The position numbers were made by a program, and so were the translations under genes. A stretch of 63,932 bases of DNA, filler included, from Octopus bimaculoides (Eukaryota), in assembly GCF_001194135.2 (NCBI RefSeq). It is 8 parts of 8 records of this genome, joined end to end, with 100 filler letters (N's around TTAATTAATTAA, not from the genome) between each part and the next. Parts side by side here need not be neighbours in the genome. Positions count along the whole stretch, not along the records: positions 1 to 15,511 come from NC_068986.1; 7 more parts are not named here. One strand, given 5' to 3'. Below the pieces are notes generated by a model. That model searched no databases and was not told the origin of the DNA. It saw only the letters and a list, made by a program, of their open reading frames with translations. Each line of letters starts with the position of its first letter. Position 1 is the first letter of the stretch. Positions 1 through 13,689 of the stretch are shown here, in pieces.

Positions 1-313
1 AACAGCTTGATGCCTCTGTAATTATTTGTATCTAAAGCGTCACCTTTACCTTTGTAGCAGTTGACTATGATGCTGCTACACCAGTCATTGGGTATGACTC
101 CTTCGTGTATCACCTGGTTCGTAATACGGGTGACTAGGCTATAGCCAACACTGCCAGATATTTTGAGCATCTCTGCAGTGATTCCTGATGGGCCGGGGGC
201 TTTCCCGGTCTTCATACTCTTAATTGCTTTATCTACCCTGGTACTATCAACTCGGATAGCTGGTCCCTCTATTGGGTCGACATACGGCAGGCTCTCTTTC
301 TCCCATTCATTCT

Positions 314-316
<3 letters not shown>
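1..316 (-). mobile_element. 5'-truncated RTE-clade LINE fragment (region upstream of RT), continues beyond window start
   Basis: Minus strand reads ...KESLPYVDPIEGPAIRVDSTRVDKAIKSMKTGKAPGPSGITAEMLK...[31 protein letters not shown]; closely matches the copy at 47207-47510; abuts (TA)n at 317. Confidence 0.9.
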
Positions 317-347
<31 letters not shown>

Positions 348-780
348 GTATGTGTGTATATATGTATGTATGCATGTATGTATATATGTGTGTGTGTGTG
401 ATAATAAGGAACAAATTGTAGAAATTTAAAATGTTTCATTCAGAAGATTATAAAAAAAGAGGGAAGGAATCTCTAACAGAATAATTTGGAAGAAAGAGTT
501 TTATCACGAAGAAAAGCTTATAAATATGTAAGCTTGTATGAGTGAAGCTGCTTCTATGTGTGCATGTGTGTGCATGCGTGTGCATGTATGCATGTATGTA
601 TGACTTTCTTCAAGATTTACTCAGAATTCCAGCCACTAACAAAGTGACAAGATTTTTTGTTGAAATTAAGAGAATTCCAAGATTTTGTAAACGGATGGGC
701 ATGTTTGTGTATGTATGGTAGTGTATATGTATGTGCATCAATAAAATTGTTCTTATATCTGTATGTTTCATTATACTTTA

Positions 781-782
<2 letters not shown>

Positions 783-843
<61 letters not shown>
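783..843. repeat. (TA)n microsatellite (representative of dozens of TA/CA/TACA/GA tracts in the window)
   Basis: Direct reading of a perfect dinucleotide run. Confidence 0.97.
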
Positions 844-847
<4 letters not shown>

Positions 848-1873
848 CTGTACACATACGTATATATACATCAGTATTGTGTGTATATGTTGCTTCTAGG
901 AAGTTCAAATGGAAAAATCTGTGGAGTGTTTTACAATTATTCAGCATAGCACTGATTGATCTAATCATTTGAATTTGTAAGATGTGAGTTGGTTTGCTTT
1001 CTTCCTTATTGGAAGACCTCAACATTTTGGGGGCTTTTATGCAAATCTGGTGCTTCACATCCCAGTGCCTCTATGATAATAAGTACAAATCAAAATCCAT
1101 AGCTGGGGTACGAGAGTTTTGAGTTCTGCATTAGTAAACCATGGGTATTCTAATTTTCTATAATGTTAGTCAAAGTGTGTGAGTATATATATATGTGTAT
1201 GTGTATATGTACCAATGTATATAAGTATGTATGTATATGTATGTATGTATGTATGTGTGTATGTATGTATGTGTGTATGTATGTATGTGTGTGTGTATGT
1301 GTGTGTATGTATATACATATGTATGCGTGTATATACATACATACATGCATATGTATATACATGTATGTATGTATGTATGTATTTATTTTGCTCCTGATTG
1401 AAGTTTTAGGATTTATTTTAGTCAGCCACTTGCAAGGTTGCAATGTTACAAAGAAAAATTTCTTTTGTCTTAAGAAAGGGTTTTATTCCCCTTGTGATCT
1501 TTTGCTTAACTATTCATCCTTCAAATTTTAAGAAGGCCATGAAATATTTTTAGAGTCCCAGAGAGCATAATCTGCTGCATGTGAATAATGGAGCTGCATT
1601 CTTTCTTCAAGAATCCAAGTTATGCCAAATTTTGTTCCTGACAAATTGGTATATATCCTTCCACTCCAATCATAATAGTTATAAAGCTGAAAGTGTATTT
1701 GATTACCAGATTTGCAGTTTGGAAAGTAATTCTTTCCATGGCACATTTTTTTGCTTGTTTTGTACAGAATGCTAGCTGTTGGCCATGCAGGAATTTGTTT
1801 TTTCAAAAGAAAATTAAGTCAGTGAATAAAGAATCAATGTTAATACCACAAGGCATACATCTATGTCAATGAT

Positions 1874-2250
1874 GGCAGGTGTGGCTGTGTGATTAGAAGC
1901 TTGCCTCCCAACCATATGGCTCCAGGTTCAGTCCCACTGCGTGCAACCTTGGGCTTCCACTATAACCTCAGGCCGACCAAAGCTTTGTGAGTGGATTTGA
2001 TAGATGGAAACTGAANNNNNNNNNNTAAGTATTTATTTATGTGTGCGTGTCTTTGTGTCTGTTTGTCCCTGCCACTCTCACTTGACAACCGATGTGTATT
2101 TACACTTCGTAACTTAGCAGCTCAGCAAAAGGGTCTGATAGAATAAGTACTAGACCTACAAATAGTCAGTCCTGGGGTCAATTTCTCCGACTAAAAAACC
2201 TGTTAAGGCAGTGCTCCAGCGTGGCCGCCGTCAAATGACTGAAGCAAATG
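1874..2250 (+). mobile_element. tRNA-derived SINE, family A (working label), with small gap
   Basis: GTGGCTGTGTG...GGTTCAGTCCCACTGCG head, GGCCGACCAAAGCTTTGTGAGTGGATTTG body and GGCAGTGCTCCAGCGTGGCCG...TGACTGAA tail shared with 49950-50370. Confidence 0.88.
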
Positions 2251-3074
2251 ATTGTGTTGAGTCCAGAGTTTTGCAATATTCTGGTAACTTGATTTCTTTT
2301 ATTCATCAAGTTACAACAAAAGCAGCTTAGCATTCAAAATAGAGGCAGCGTGTTACACTGTCTGAAACCAACGTTCTGCCAGTTCTTTGATTCCATGTTG
2401 ATACCAGTTCTTGTCCCTCGAGGCAAAGAACTCCTTTACTGAAGCTTCTACCTCCTCTTACTTGATGAAGAGTCATGAGCACAGGAAGTGAGTCATAGAT
2501 CACTTCAGTACAAGACACAAGTGTGGCTGCATGGATAAAAAGCTTGTTTCTCAACCATATGGTTTTGGGTTCAGTCCCACAGCATGGCACTTTGTATTAT
2601 TCTGTTTTACATTCAGCTATAATGCTACTGAACAGATTTTGCACCTGATGCTTTGTAATTGAATTTTTCATATTGTATGTAAGTAAACATGGTAATCCCC
2701 ATAATCATCATTCTTCTTTCTCCCATCTGCTGCAGGATTTGAACTCAGAGCACAGAAAGCTGGAACAGACTGCAAAGCATGCTCTTTGACACTCTAACCA
2801 TTCTGCAAATTAACCACCATAAATATTAGGGCAGAAAATAACACACATACACACACAGAGACGTACATGTTCATATACACACACACATGCACACAAACAA
2901 GTGCATGTACATGTACACACAAATGCACATACATATGCGCATATACACATGCATGTGTACATACACATGCACACATGAGCTTGAATACATGTGCTTGCAC
3001 ACATACCCACATACACATGTATACACTTACATGAACACACAATCATATATACACATATACAAATACATAAACAA

Positions 3075-3112
<38 letters not shown>

Positions 3113-3763
3113 AATCATGCCAAAGCACATACATACATGCTCAGTCACACCAGCACATACTCACATATATTTGCATACAGGGACACAGACATACACAGAT
3201 ACACACAATCATACACGCACATATACATACACATACACTCTCTTTCTCTCACTTTCGCCATCTCTCTCTCTTCCTCGTATAAAATATTCTCATCTCTTTG
3301 TCTCTTGAGTAAACACCATACAAATGTAAGAAACTTAATAACATAGCTTTTGGTTGTTGGCAAACTCATGTAATATTCTTTGAACTTTCTCTGTTCTCAT
3401 TGTAAATATCATGCACCAACAAGGACAGTGGACTGGCAGAATCGAGAGTGTGAAATCCAAAATACCATACAGAATATATTTTTAAGTCTCCTTAAGTTGT
3501 AAGTTCAAATCCTGTTGGAGCTGCTTTTGTCTTTCATCCTACAAGAGCTTGATAAAATAAGTACCACTCAAATTTCAGGTAGTCAGTCAAATTGACTCAT
3601 ACCCTTCTCTTGAAATTTATAGCTATGTACCCATGTTAAAATACTAATATAGTAAAGTGGTAGTGAAACAAATACATCTCTAAAGGGTTTTCTATTCAGT
3701 TAATGAATAATATGATGGCTCAATAGAAGAATATATACCACCAGCACTTTAGTACAAGGCTCG

Positions 3764-3930
3764 GGTGTGGCTGCATGGTTAAGAAGTTTGTTTCAAAACC
3801 ATGTAGTCTTGGGTTCCGTCCCCCTGCATAACACTTTGAATTGATGACTTCCACTATAGCCCTGGGTCGACCAGAGCATTTTGGATGGATTTGGTAAAGG
3901 AAAACTTAAGAAGCCTGCTGTGTATATAGG
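3764..3930 (+). mobile_element. Family A SINE, diverged 5' half
   Basis: GGTGTGGCTGCATGGTTAAGAAG...CTATAGCCCTGGGTCGACCAGAGC similarity to 49950 copy. Confidence 0.75.
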
Positions 3931-3999
3931 TATGTGTATGTATGTGTACTTATGTGTATGTATGTGTACTTATGTGTGTGCATGTGTGTACTTCTACTT

Positions 4000-4220
4000 T
4001 AACATCATGGTTGTAATCAAGCATTACCATCATACAAGTGGTGCTGTTTTTTCCAGTCTTTTATAAAAAAAAACATGTCTAGCTATGGGGAAATATTACT
4101 TTGCTTGGAAACAGGTGCAAGTTGGTAACAGGAATGGCATCCAGCTGTAGAAGATCTGCCTCAGCAAATTCTGTCTAACTCATACAAGTATGGAAAAGAT
4201 GGACATTAACTGATGATGAA
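4000..4220 (+). mobile_element. RTE-type LINE 3' tail fragment
   Basis: GGAATGGCATCCAGCTGTAGAAG...TATGGAAAAGATGGACATTAACTGATGATG, same tail as 12220-12285 and 14650-14800. Confidence 0.7.
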
Positions 4221-4654
4221 GTGTTCTGTAATTGGTTGAATGTTGATATGATTTTTAGCTGTAAGATAATGTTGAATGATATAGTCACACATAGCAGCTC
4301 AGAAGTGATGCAACAAGCAGCCATTAAAGCGTTGTATAGTCTGCCTTGAAGTGTTCCTTCCACCTCTTTACTCACTGAGTTCAAATCCTGCTGAGATTAA
4401 TTTGGTTTTCTTCTAGAGATCATTTCTTCTTTTTTTTTCAATTTCTCACATTCGCTCTCTCATTCTCTCTGCAAGAAATTGTCTCTGTCCGGGCTTAGGT
4501 TGTGAGGAGCTTTGCTAGACTTGTTAGGTTCAAAACATACCCAAGACAAGGTATTGATGTATTACTGTATGTTATGTTGATACCTTTACAACTCAATTCT
4601 TATTGAATCCTCAGCCTGTAATGGAATTGATAGACTAATGAAAGAATGAAGTTA

Positions 4655-4990
4655 TTATATATGGCTCAGTGGTTAGGACGTTGATCTCACAATTATGAGG
4701 TAGTGAGTTTGATTCCCAGACTGGGCTGTGTGTTGTGTTCTTGTGAACTTTATTTAATGTTGCTCCAATTCACTCAGCTGTAGAAATGAGTTGTGATGTC
4801 ACTGGTGCCAAGCTGTATCAGCCTTTGCCTTTTCCTGGGATAACATCAGTGATGTGGTGAGGGGAGGCTGGTATGCATGGGTGACTGCTGGTCTTCCATA
4901 TACAACCTTCCTTGGACTTGTGCCTTGGAGGGGAAGTTTCTATCTAAGTGCAATCCCATGATCATTAGCGATCAAAGGGGTTCTTTACCC
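4655..4990 (+). mobile_element. tRNA-derived SINE, family C (CORE-like central segment)
   Basis: TGGCTCAGTGGTTAG A-box, GAGTTTGATTCCC B-box, TGTGTTGTGTTCTTG...TGCTCCAATTCACTCAGCTG core; reverse-complement relative at 55575-55866. Confidence 0.8.
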
Positions 4991-5681
4991 AATTGAAAGA
5001 TACAATGGTTTCTAAAGTAAAAATTATCATCCTCTATCATTATTGTCACCGTGGTGCTCCACAAAAAAGAAAAAAAAGAAAACCAAAACAATTCAAATAC
5101 AAACTAACAAACAAATAAGCTATTGAGGCTTATTGCTCCTCACCACAATGTTTGTAATAGATTTTGCAAGACACTTCCAAGCTCTAATTACCATAATAAT
5201 ATTTGCCATCTAGCATTACAATTTTCAACCATTTGCTTATCATTAATTTTTATGTTAAATTTTCACAGAGCCTCACCAGTTAGTCGCTGTCATTTTACTC
5301 TTTTGTCATACTAGTAATCTCATTTCCCAACTATTAAGTTATCATTATTTAGCTTTATATTTAATCTATCATCAATGCACCGTTTACCAGTTAGCATCTA
5401 CATAAAATTACTCTATTTTTCAATTTTCATTTTTTTTTCTTTTATTTTTGTGCTGTTACCTACCGCTCCACTTTCAAATATCTGTTCTAACATTAAGAAA
5501 AGAATATGCAATATGTACAATAATTATTTGATTACATGTACATGATTGTACACAGGAACATTAACGAATATCTAGTATCTATGTGTATATTTATGTGTGT
5601 ACGTGTGTGCATGTTTGTCTGTGTCTATGTGTGTATTATTATCTCTCTTTCTCTCTCTTTCCTCTCTCTATCTATATATGG

Positions 5682-5727
<46 letters not shown>

Positions 5728-6281
5728 NNNNNNNNNNNNNNNNNNNNNNNNNNNNNNNNNNNNNNNNNNNNNNNNNNNNNNNNNNNNNNNNNNNNNNNNN
5801 NNNNNNNNNNNNNNNNNNNNNNNNNNNNNNNNNNNNNNNNNNNNNNNNNNNNNNNNNNNNNNNNNNNNNNNNNNNNNNNNNNNNNNNNNNNNNNNNNNNN
5901 NNNNNNNNNNNNNNNNNNNNNNNNNNNNNNNNNNNNNNNNNNNNNNNNNNNNNNNNNNNNNNNNNNNNNNNNNNNNNNNNNNNNNNNNNNNNNNNNNNNN
6001 NNNNNNNNNNNNNNNNNNNNNNNNNNNNNNNNNNNNNNNNNNNNNNNNNNNNNNNNNNNNNNNNNNNNNNNNNNNNNNNNNNNNNNNNNNNNNNNNNNNN
6101 NNNNNNNNNNNNNNNNNNNNNNNNNNNNNNNNNNNNNNNNNNNNNNNNNNNNNNNNNNNNNNNNNNNNNNNNNNNNNNNNNNNNNNNNNNNNNNNNNNNN
6201 NNNNNNNNNNNNNNNNNNNNNNNNNNNNNNNNNNNNNNNNNNNNNNNNNNNNNNNNNNNNNNNNNNNNNNNNNNNNNNNNN

Positions 6282-6328
<47 letters not shown>

Positions 6329-6329
6329 G

Positions 6330-6360
<31 letters not shown>

Positions 6361-6902
6361 ATGTATGTATATGAGGGACAGTGTTTCAAAGTTTCATGCC
6401 TTTCTACTGTCACTGTGCTTTGCTTTGTAAAACAATTCATTCTAAATCTGCTTGTTTCGGTTTGCCTCAGTGAAAAAAAGAATAGGTTACACTCTTTGCT
6501 CACACTTCAGTGATTAGAAGTAAAAAAAGATTATCCAGATGTAAATCCATTTTCTGCAGCAAATAAACTCATACAAGCAAAAAATAATGGATGTAAGTGT
6601 ATATATATAAAAAAAAGCAAAAAGAAAACATAACACTCATGCTGGAACAATATTTTTACAAGTATGTAAGTGCATACATGGCTGTTTAGCTAAGCAGTTT
6701 GATTCACACAAATGTGGTTTGGGGTTCAATTCTTTGATGCAACATCTTTAGCACGTGTCAAATGTTTTCTGTTGTGACATTCGGTAAAACTTGGATATAT
6801 CTTGTGAGTGGAATTAATGGAAAGTGGGCAGAAGTCAGTGAAGTATGCATACACACACACACGCATACATTTATACATATGTATGTACACACACACACAC
6901 AC

Positions 6903-6960
<58 letters not shown>

Positions 6961-7169
6961 TTTTTGGATTTGGTTTGCAAGATACAACAGAATTTTTAGG
7001 AAGCATAAATAAGTAAAGTAACTGAGTGGAAACTTTACCAGTGAGTGTGTTAAATAATAAGGGGATAAAAGAGAATGACTCTCCCTAGATACAACAATAT
7101 ACATACATTCATACATACATACATACATATATATGTATACATATATGTATATGTATACATATATATATG

Positions 7170-7204
<35 letters not shown>

Positions 7205-7234
7205 ACGTATGTATGTATATATCTCCCATTCTCT

Positions 7235-7297
<63 letters not shown>

Positions 7298-7738
7298 NNN
7301 NNNNNNNNNNNNNNNNNNNNNNNNNNNNNNNNNNNNNNNNNNNNNNNNNNNNNNNNNNNNNNNNNNNNNNNNNNNNNNNNNNNNNNNNNNNNNNNNNNNN
7401 NNNNNNNNNNNNNNNNNNNNNNNNNNNNNNNNNNNNNNNNNNNNNNNNNNNNNNNNNNNNNNNNNNNNNNNNNNNNNNNNNNNNNNNNNNNNNNNNNNNN
7501 NNNNNNNNNNNNNNNNNNNNNNNNNNNNNNNNNNNNNNNNNNNNNNNNNNNNNNNNNNNNNNNNNNNNNNNNNNNNNNNNNNNNNNNNNNNNNNNNNNNN
7601 NNNNNNNNNNNNNNNNNNNNNNNNNNNNNNNNNNNNNNNNNNNNNNNNNNNNNNNNNNNNNNNNNNNNNNNNNNNNNNNNNNNNNNNNNNNNNNNNNNNN
7701 NNNNNNNNNNNNNNNNNNNNNNNNNNNNNNNNNNNNNN

Positions 7739-8879
7739 AGCTGGTGTACCTGGTATTACTCTGATATAAGAAAGCAATTTCGCTATAACTCCACAAAATG
7801 TATATTTTCCGTCAGGAAAAAGTACAAAAAACTGTCAGCTGGAGGAGTGAGAGATTGTTGGATATTGGCGAGAGAGGTTTTCAGAGGTGGTGAGAAAGAT
7901 TGTTAGAGGTTGGTGAGAAAGGACGTCGGAGGTTGACGAGAGGCAAAGACATTATTCTGCTTAAAGAAGGCATCTAGGAAATGTATACCTGCTGCCATTC
8001 ACAGAAAAACTATTGTTTTACCATGAAAAAAGCACTGTTGAAGTCTTAAGTAAAATTTGGCAATCAAGGATCGAATCCATGCTATGCCTGCATGAAGCTA
8101 CTACAAATACGTTGTGGAATAAAAATTTTATCTACTGTCGTGGAAAAAGTGTAACTAAAAAGGCAGAATTATCGGAGTAATGGGCATTCAAAAAAGTATG
8201 CATGTATAGAAATGTATGAATGAAGTCTTTAAGGTTTAAAATTCAAATTAAGGCAGTGCAATAATAATGTTTAGCAGTTCAAAACTGTGAGTAGTGAAAT
8301 GCAGAATTAGGTCGGCTGATCGTGAGAATCAGATATTGATCGCTTCGCTAAAATCTGCAGGTGGTATGGGTTATTTCCCTTGGTTTGTTTAAATAAAATA
8401 TTAGTAATATATATTAGATAGAAGGACTCATTGGAAGGGCCCTATTATCGATTTTTTTCAACAATCTAAGTATGTCACTAAGTTTCCACACATGAGTTCT
8501 ACTCACGTGTCAAATAAAGTATAAAGGTGATATTGTCTGCAAAATTAGAAATAGGACGCACACAAAATCAATATTCAAAGTAATCGAACATAAACAATGA
8601 AATGGGCTATTTCCCTTGAGTCTTGAAAAAATATTGTACAGGTGCTATGGGTCATTTCCTTTGGGTGTTTAAAAAAGATAGTTATATGAAGTAGATATAA
8701 AGGTCCCTTCTAGGGGCCGTATTATCGATTTTTTCAACAATTTAAGTATTTCACAAGGTTTCCAAACATGAATTCTACACACTTGTCAAGTTTCATCAAA
8801 ATCAATAAAACGATGTAGGAGGAGTTAGCTAACAACGCCACAAACAACACACACCGATTTTCCACATATATAGTAGATA
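7739..8879 (+). mobile_element. Possible non-autonomous Helitron-like element with internal ~281-bp direct duplication
   Basis: Begins AGCTGGTGTACCTGG right after a gap and ends TATATAGTAGAT; 8357-8515 repeats at 8638-8790. The duplication is seen directly; the class is inferred from the termini only. Confidence 0.4.
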
Positions 8880-8922
8880 TATATATATATATGTATTCCG
8901 GGTGCATCAGGAAAGTACTGTA

Positions 8923-9486
8923 CAGCAATCCCTCGACTATCACGGGTGTTACGTTCCAAAATCCCCTGCAATAGGTGAAAATCCGTGAAGTACAAACAGT
9001 ACTGTACTGTATATTTTTAAAGTTATTTTTACATATTTCAGCTTTTATTGGGTTGACTGCCAGAAGCCTTAGAAGGTCCAGAATGTTTGGGCGATCGAAA
9101 GTTTGAAATAAATTCACAATTTTACACACAAAGGCAAATCAACAACACACACTCACCCACTGAGTTTCATTTTCCATACAGTATGTGCAATTCTTTGTTT
9201 ACTCATCTACTGTACACTACGTATTGTCTTTTAATATATTTTAATTGATGTGTTATAGAGTACAGTACTGTACTCTACTTTTATTTATGAATTTATTAAT
9301 TTTTAGGTATGAAAATGTTTATTTTACCACAGAAATAATTAAGATCTAAAAAAACATAAATACCTATTGGCTGCAGAAAGCTGTAATATATTGAGGAATC
9401 CGTAATATAAAATTACATGTATTAACCAGAAAATTCCATGATGTACTGAGGTGATAGGTGAACTGTAACATGGCAAGTGATTACTG
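8923..9486. mobile_element. Tigger/pogo-like MITE
   Basis: TA|CAGCAATCCCTCGACTATCACGG ... CTGTAACATGGCAAGTGATTACTG|TA: imperfect TIRs with TA target duplication; no ORF. Confidence 0.8.
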
Positions 9487-9649
9487 TATACTCAACGAAG
9501 ATTAAGTCAAGTTGAAATGGTATTGTACTGAAAAAGCATAAAGCTTGTCTAACTAATTTGCATAATACTTATACCAGAGTTGTAGGTTTGGTAAGATAGT
9601 GAGTCATGTGACAACTGCTACCATATGCCACTGATACATACATAATTAT

Positions 9650-9703
<54 letters not shown>

Positions 9704-9827
9704 CTTTATATATACATAAATACATACACATACACATGACATACATAGATAAAAGTATATAATGATACATATATATAGATGTGTACACATATATATACAT
9801 ATATATATATATACACACGTATATATG

Positions 9828-9920
<93 letters not shown>

Positions 9921-10380
9921 GTATACATATGTTTAAATATATAAAAAATGTATAAATATACGTATATATACATGTATATATATGTATATATGCACACACA
10001 CACACATACACACACACATTTTCGAATGGAAAGAAGTTGTTCTTTCTCGGGGATGTATTTCATCCAAGTGTATACCAATTTAGTTCTATATGAATTAATT
10101 TTCCTGGAATTTGTTAATTCGTGTTAGGATTAGTGCTTATGGATGGTACTTCTTCAACATCAACACTCTACACTTATGAAGTTTCAGTTGTCAATTTTAG
10201 TCCTGAAGAGATTTTTACCTTTTAAATTCATAATGCAATTTGAATTGGAAAATAGGAATGAAGGTGAGAAACTGAAACCTGCATAGGCAACATGAAATTG
10301 ACTATTATATAAATAAATTGATTTCTGTGTTCACACTCTCCATTTTCTTTATGTTATATATATATATTCTTTCTTTTTTA

Positions 10381-10582
10381 TTCTTATTCTTTTACTTGTT
10401 TCAGTCACTTGACTGTGGCCATGATGGAGCACCACCTTTTAGTCAAACAAATCAACCCCAGGACTTATTATTTATAAGCCTAGTACTTATTCTATCGGTC
10501 CCTTTTGCTGAACCACAAGATTACGGGGATGCAAATACACCAACATCAGTTGTCAAGTGATAGTGGGGAGACAAACACAAAT

Positions 10583-10641
<59 letters not shown>

Positions 10642-10798
10642 GGGCTTCTTTCAGTTTCCGTCTACCAAATCCACTCACAAGGCTTTGGTCAGCCTGAGGT
10701 GATAGCAGAAGACACTTGCCCAAGGTGCCATGCAGTGGGACTGAACCCAGAACCATGTAGTTGGTAAACAAGCTACTTACCACAGCCACTCCTGCACC
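10381..10798 (-). mobile_element. Family A SINE, full length, internal (CA)n
   Basis: Reverse complement aligns end to end with 49950-50370. Confidence 0.92.
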
Positions 10799-10839
10799 TA
10801 TAACTACATATATATATTGTTATTATTTATTACCATATT

Positions 10840-11050
10840 CATTATTATCATTTTGACATCAAATTCTCTATGCGTGTATGTGTTGGACAAATTTCTTTAA
10901 GGCCAATGTTCTATGACCAGATGATCTTCCTGTTGCCAAGGCACACCTGTTTTCAAGCAAGCAGATATTTCAAAATGACTAGATGTAATTTCAGAAATGA
11001 CTGGAAATGAATGACATCACTTGTCTGACTGTGACACTTGCTTACAGCTA
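10840..11050 (-). mobile_element. RTE-type 3' tail fragment
   Basis: Reverse-complement similarity to 4000-4220. Confidence 0.55.
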
Positions 11051-11469
11051 TGACATGTTGTCAGAAGATGTAGAAACCTACAGACACAGACAAACATACA
11101 CATACATATTTACATGTACATTTGTAGACACTCCTTACACACACATATATACACACACATATGTATATACATATGTATGTGTATATGAATGTGCATATAT
11201 GTATATTTTTTTGTATATGTACATCTCTCTATATATATATATATGCATATGTATATATTGGAGCTCGATGCAGTACTTGGATATATTGGATCCTATCAAA
11301 CTGTCTAACTCATGCCTGTATGGAAAATGGGAGTTAAATGATGATGATGATGATGATGACGACGACGATGATGGTGATGACGATGATTATGATGATGATG
11401 GTGATGATGATGTGTGTATATATGCATATATGTATATTTGTGATTGTGTGCATGTGTTTGTGTGCAAGT

Positions 11470-11855
11470 GGAGGCGCAATGGCCCAGTGGTTAGGGCAGC
11501 GGACTCGCGGTCATAGGATCGCGGTTTCGATTCCCAGACCGGGCGTTGTGAGTGTTTATTGAGCAAAAACACCTAAAGTTCCATGAGGCTCCGGCAGGGG
11601 ATGGTGGTGAACCCTGCTGTTCTCCTCCACCACAACTTTCTCTCACTCTTACTTCCTGTTTCTGTTGTGCCTGTAATTCAAAGGTTCAGCCTTGTCACAC
11701 TGTGTCACGCTGAATATCCCTGAGAACTACGTTAAGGGTATACGTGTCTGTGGAGTGCTCAACCACTTGCACATTAATCTCAAGAGCAGGCTGTTCCATT
11801 GATCGAATCAACTGGAACCCTCGATGTCGTAAGCGACGGAGTGCCAACAGCAACA
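11470..11855 (+). mobile_element. tRNA-derived SINE, family B, full length
   Basis: GGAGGCGCAATGGCCCAGTGGTTAGGGCAGCGGACTCGCGGTCATAGGATCGCGGTTTCGATTCCC head with A/B boxes; high identity to the minus copies at 35.0-35.9 kb. Confidence 0.93.
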
Positions 11856-11879
11856 TGTGAAATATATATAAACAAGTTG

Positions 11880-12285
11880 ATTGCTAATTGTGGAGGAGAC
11901 CTGTGGAAGAGGTAGAGCAGGAAAATGTGGGATGAGGTGGTGAAATATGATCTTTGGTTGTTGAGTCTCACGGAAGTGATCACAAGTGACTGAGACTTCT
12001 GGTGGTTTGCTGTGCATGAGAAAACATGTCATGCTAAGTGAAACCATGGTCCTGGTCAATGTCAGTGACATGTAAGAGGGACCCATGCCAGTGACTGATA
12101 AGAGACGTCCAGTACACTCTCTAGATTGTACTGGTTGGCTTTAAGAAGGGCATACTGTTTGAGAAACCGAGCCAAAACAGACTAGAGCCTGGTGCAGCAC
12201 TCTAGCTTACCAGCTCCAGTCAAACCGTCTAACCTGTGCCAGCATGGAAAATGGACGTTGAAGGATGATGATGATGATGATGATG
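11880..12285 (+). mobile_element. RTE LINE 3' end (ORF C-terminus, 3' UTR, (GAT)n tail)
   Basis: ...CGRGRAGKCGMR/WDEVVKYDL-like segment matches 48735-48805; ends GGACGTTGAAGGATGATGATG. Confidence 0.8.
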
Positions 12286-13432
12286 GTGCTGATGGTGGTG
12301 GTGGTGGTGGTGGTGGTGGTGGTGGTGGTGGTGGTATTGGTGGTGGTGGTGGTGGTGGTGGTGGTATTGGTGGTGGTGGTGGTGATGATGATGGTGATGA
12401 TGACGATGATGATGACACTCACACACATACATGGTCTCATGTACATTGTGCAATTAATGCCAAGTTATTTAAAGTGCAAGCTCCCTGATGTAAATGAATA
12501 TGTCTATGCAGGTGTAAGCAGAGGTATGCAGGCACACTTGTAAATGAGTGTATGCATGTATAAACAGGTATGAAAATATCTACCTGTGCATGTATCTGTG
12601 TATGTAAGTATATGTATGTAAATATATGTGACGAGGTTAATCTGCACAAGCATGTGATTCAGTTTTGTATTACTAGAAGTATATGCCATCAGAAGCCAGA
12701 AAGACATCACTCATAGTATAATATTAAATCACCATCTCTTGACCTCTTTCTGCCCATGCAATTAAGGTGCCAATCTGCAGAATTTTGGACATACCAGGTA
12801 GTAATCAGATAGGTCTCATTTTCTAATCAGTTGTGGAGATTCTAAATGATAATGATGGTAATTGCTATGTTCTTCCTAATTTATGCCTTTCCTATCTAGA
12901 ATTATTTTGTAAGGGATACCACTTCAGCACATCTAAATTCATCTAAATATTTTTAACTCATTAAAAATTAGGAAATTTTAATGCTTTTTATGGCTTTCTC
13001 ATTTATCTATTTATTCATTTTATTTTTATTACAGGTTTCAGCCATTAGACTGTGAGCAAGTTGAGACATCATCTTCAAGTATTTTAGTCGATTATATGAA
13101 CTCAAGTTTTTAAACTCATGCTAATTTTACCATTCTTCATCTTAGTTCACGACTATGTTCACATACATATTGAATTATAGAAATCCTTTTAAGGATGTAA
13201 ATAACAAGGTATGCTGGTTTAACACAATTCTACATTTCTGAGACGAGAAGTTTGTATAATGTATACTGTTTATATTAGTTGGACTTGTGTTCTTATCTTG
13301 ACTGTTATTTTCACTATTTTAGCTGTTCTATGCTCCAGCCTTGTTCAGGTGTCTTGTATTGAAATCAGTTGCTGTATTGGAATTTTGAATCCAACCCTTT
13401 ATTTGAACCAAGAGGGTACACTGTTCTCATTG

Positions 13433-13689
13433 TGGATGCACTGGAGTCAGTGGTTAGGGTGTTGGACTCAAGATCTTAGGATTGTGGTTTTGATTCCTGG
13501 ACCAGGCAATGCATTGTGTTTTCTAGCAAAATACTTTATTCCACATAACTCCAGTTCACTAAGTTAACAAACATGAGTAATTCTGCTATGGATTGGCAAC
13601 CCATCCAGGTGGAGAATATATACGCCATGGAAACTGGGAACCTGACCCTTATGAGTCTGTATAATTCAAGAAAGAACTTTACTTTTACT
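13433..13689 (+). mobile_element. tRNA-derived CORE-like SINE, family D
   Basis: AGTGGTTAGGGTGTTGGACTC head, GCATTGTGTTTTCTAGCAAAATACTT...CTCCAGTTCACT core; related copy at 17316. Confidence 0.7.

Noticed and set aside
617-3369. Many [12 protein letters not shown] ORFs
   Set aside because: Translations of microsatellites.
5536-6513. Long ORFs spanning N runs (also 7050, 22759, 48806, 52681, 60480, 62600)
   Set aside because: Length comes from undetermined bases and dinucleotide repeats; no coding signal.
11470-11545. Functional tRNA gene
   Set aside because: A and B boxes continue into a ~385-bp multi-copy SINE body; no complete cloverleaf.
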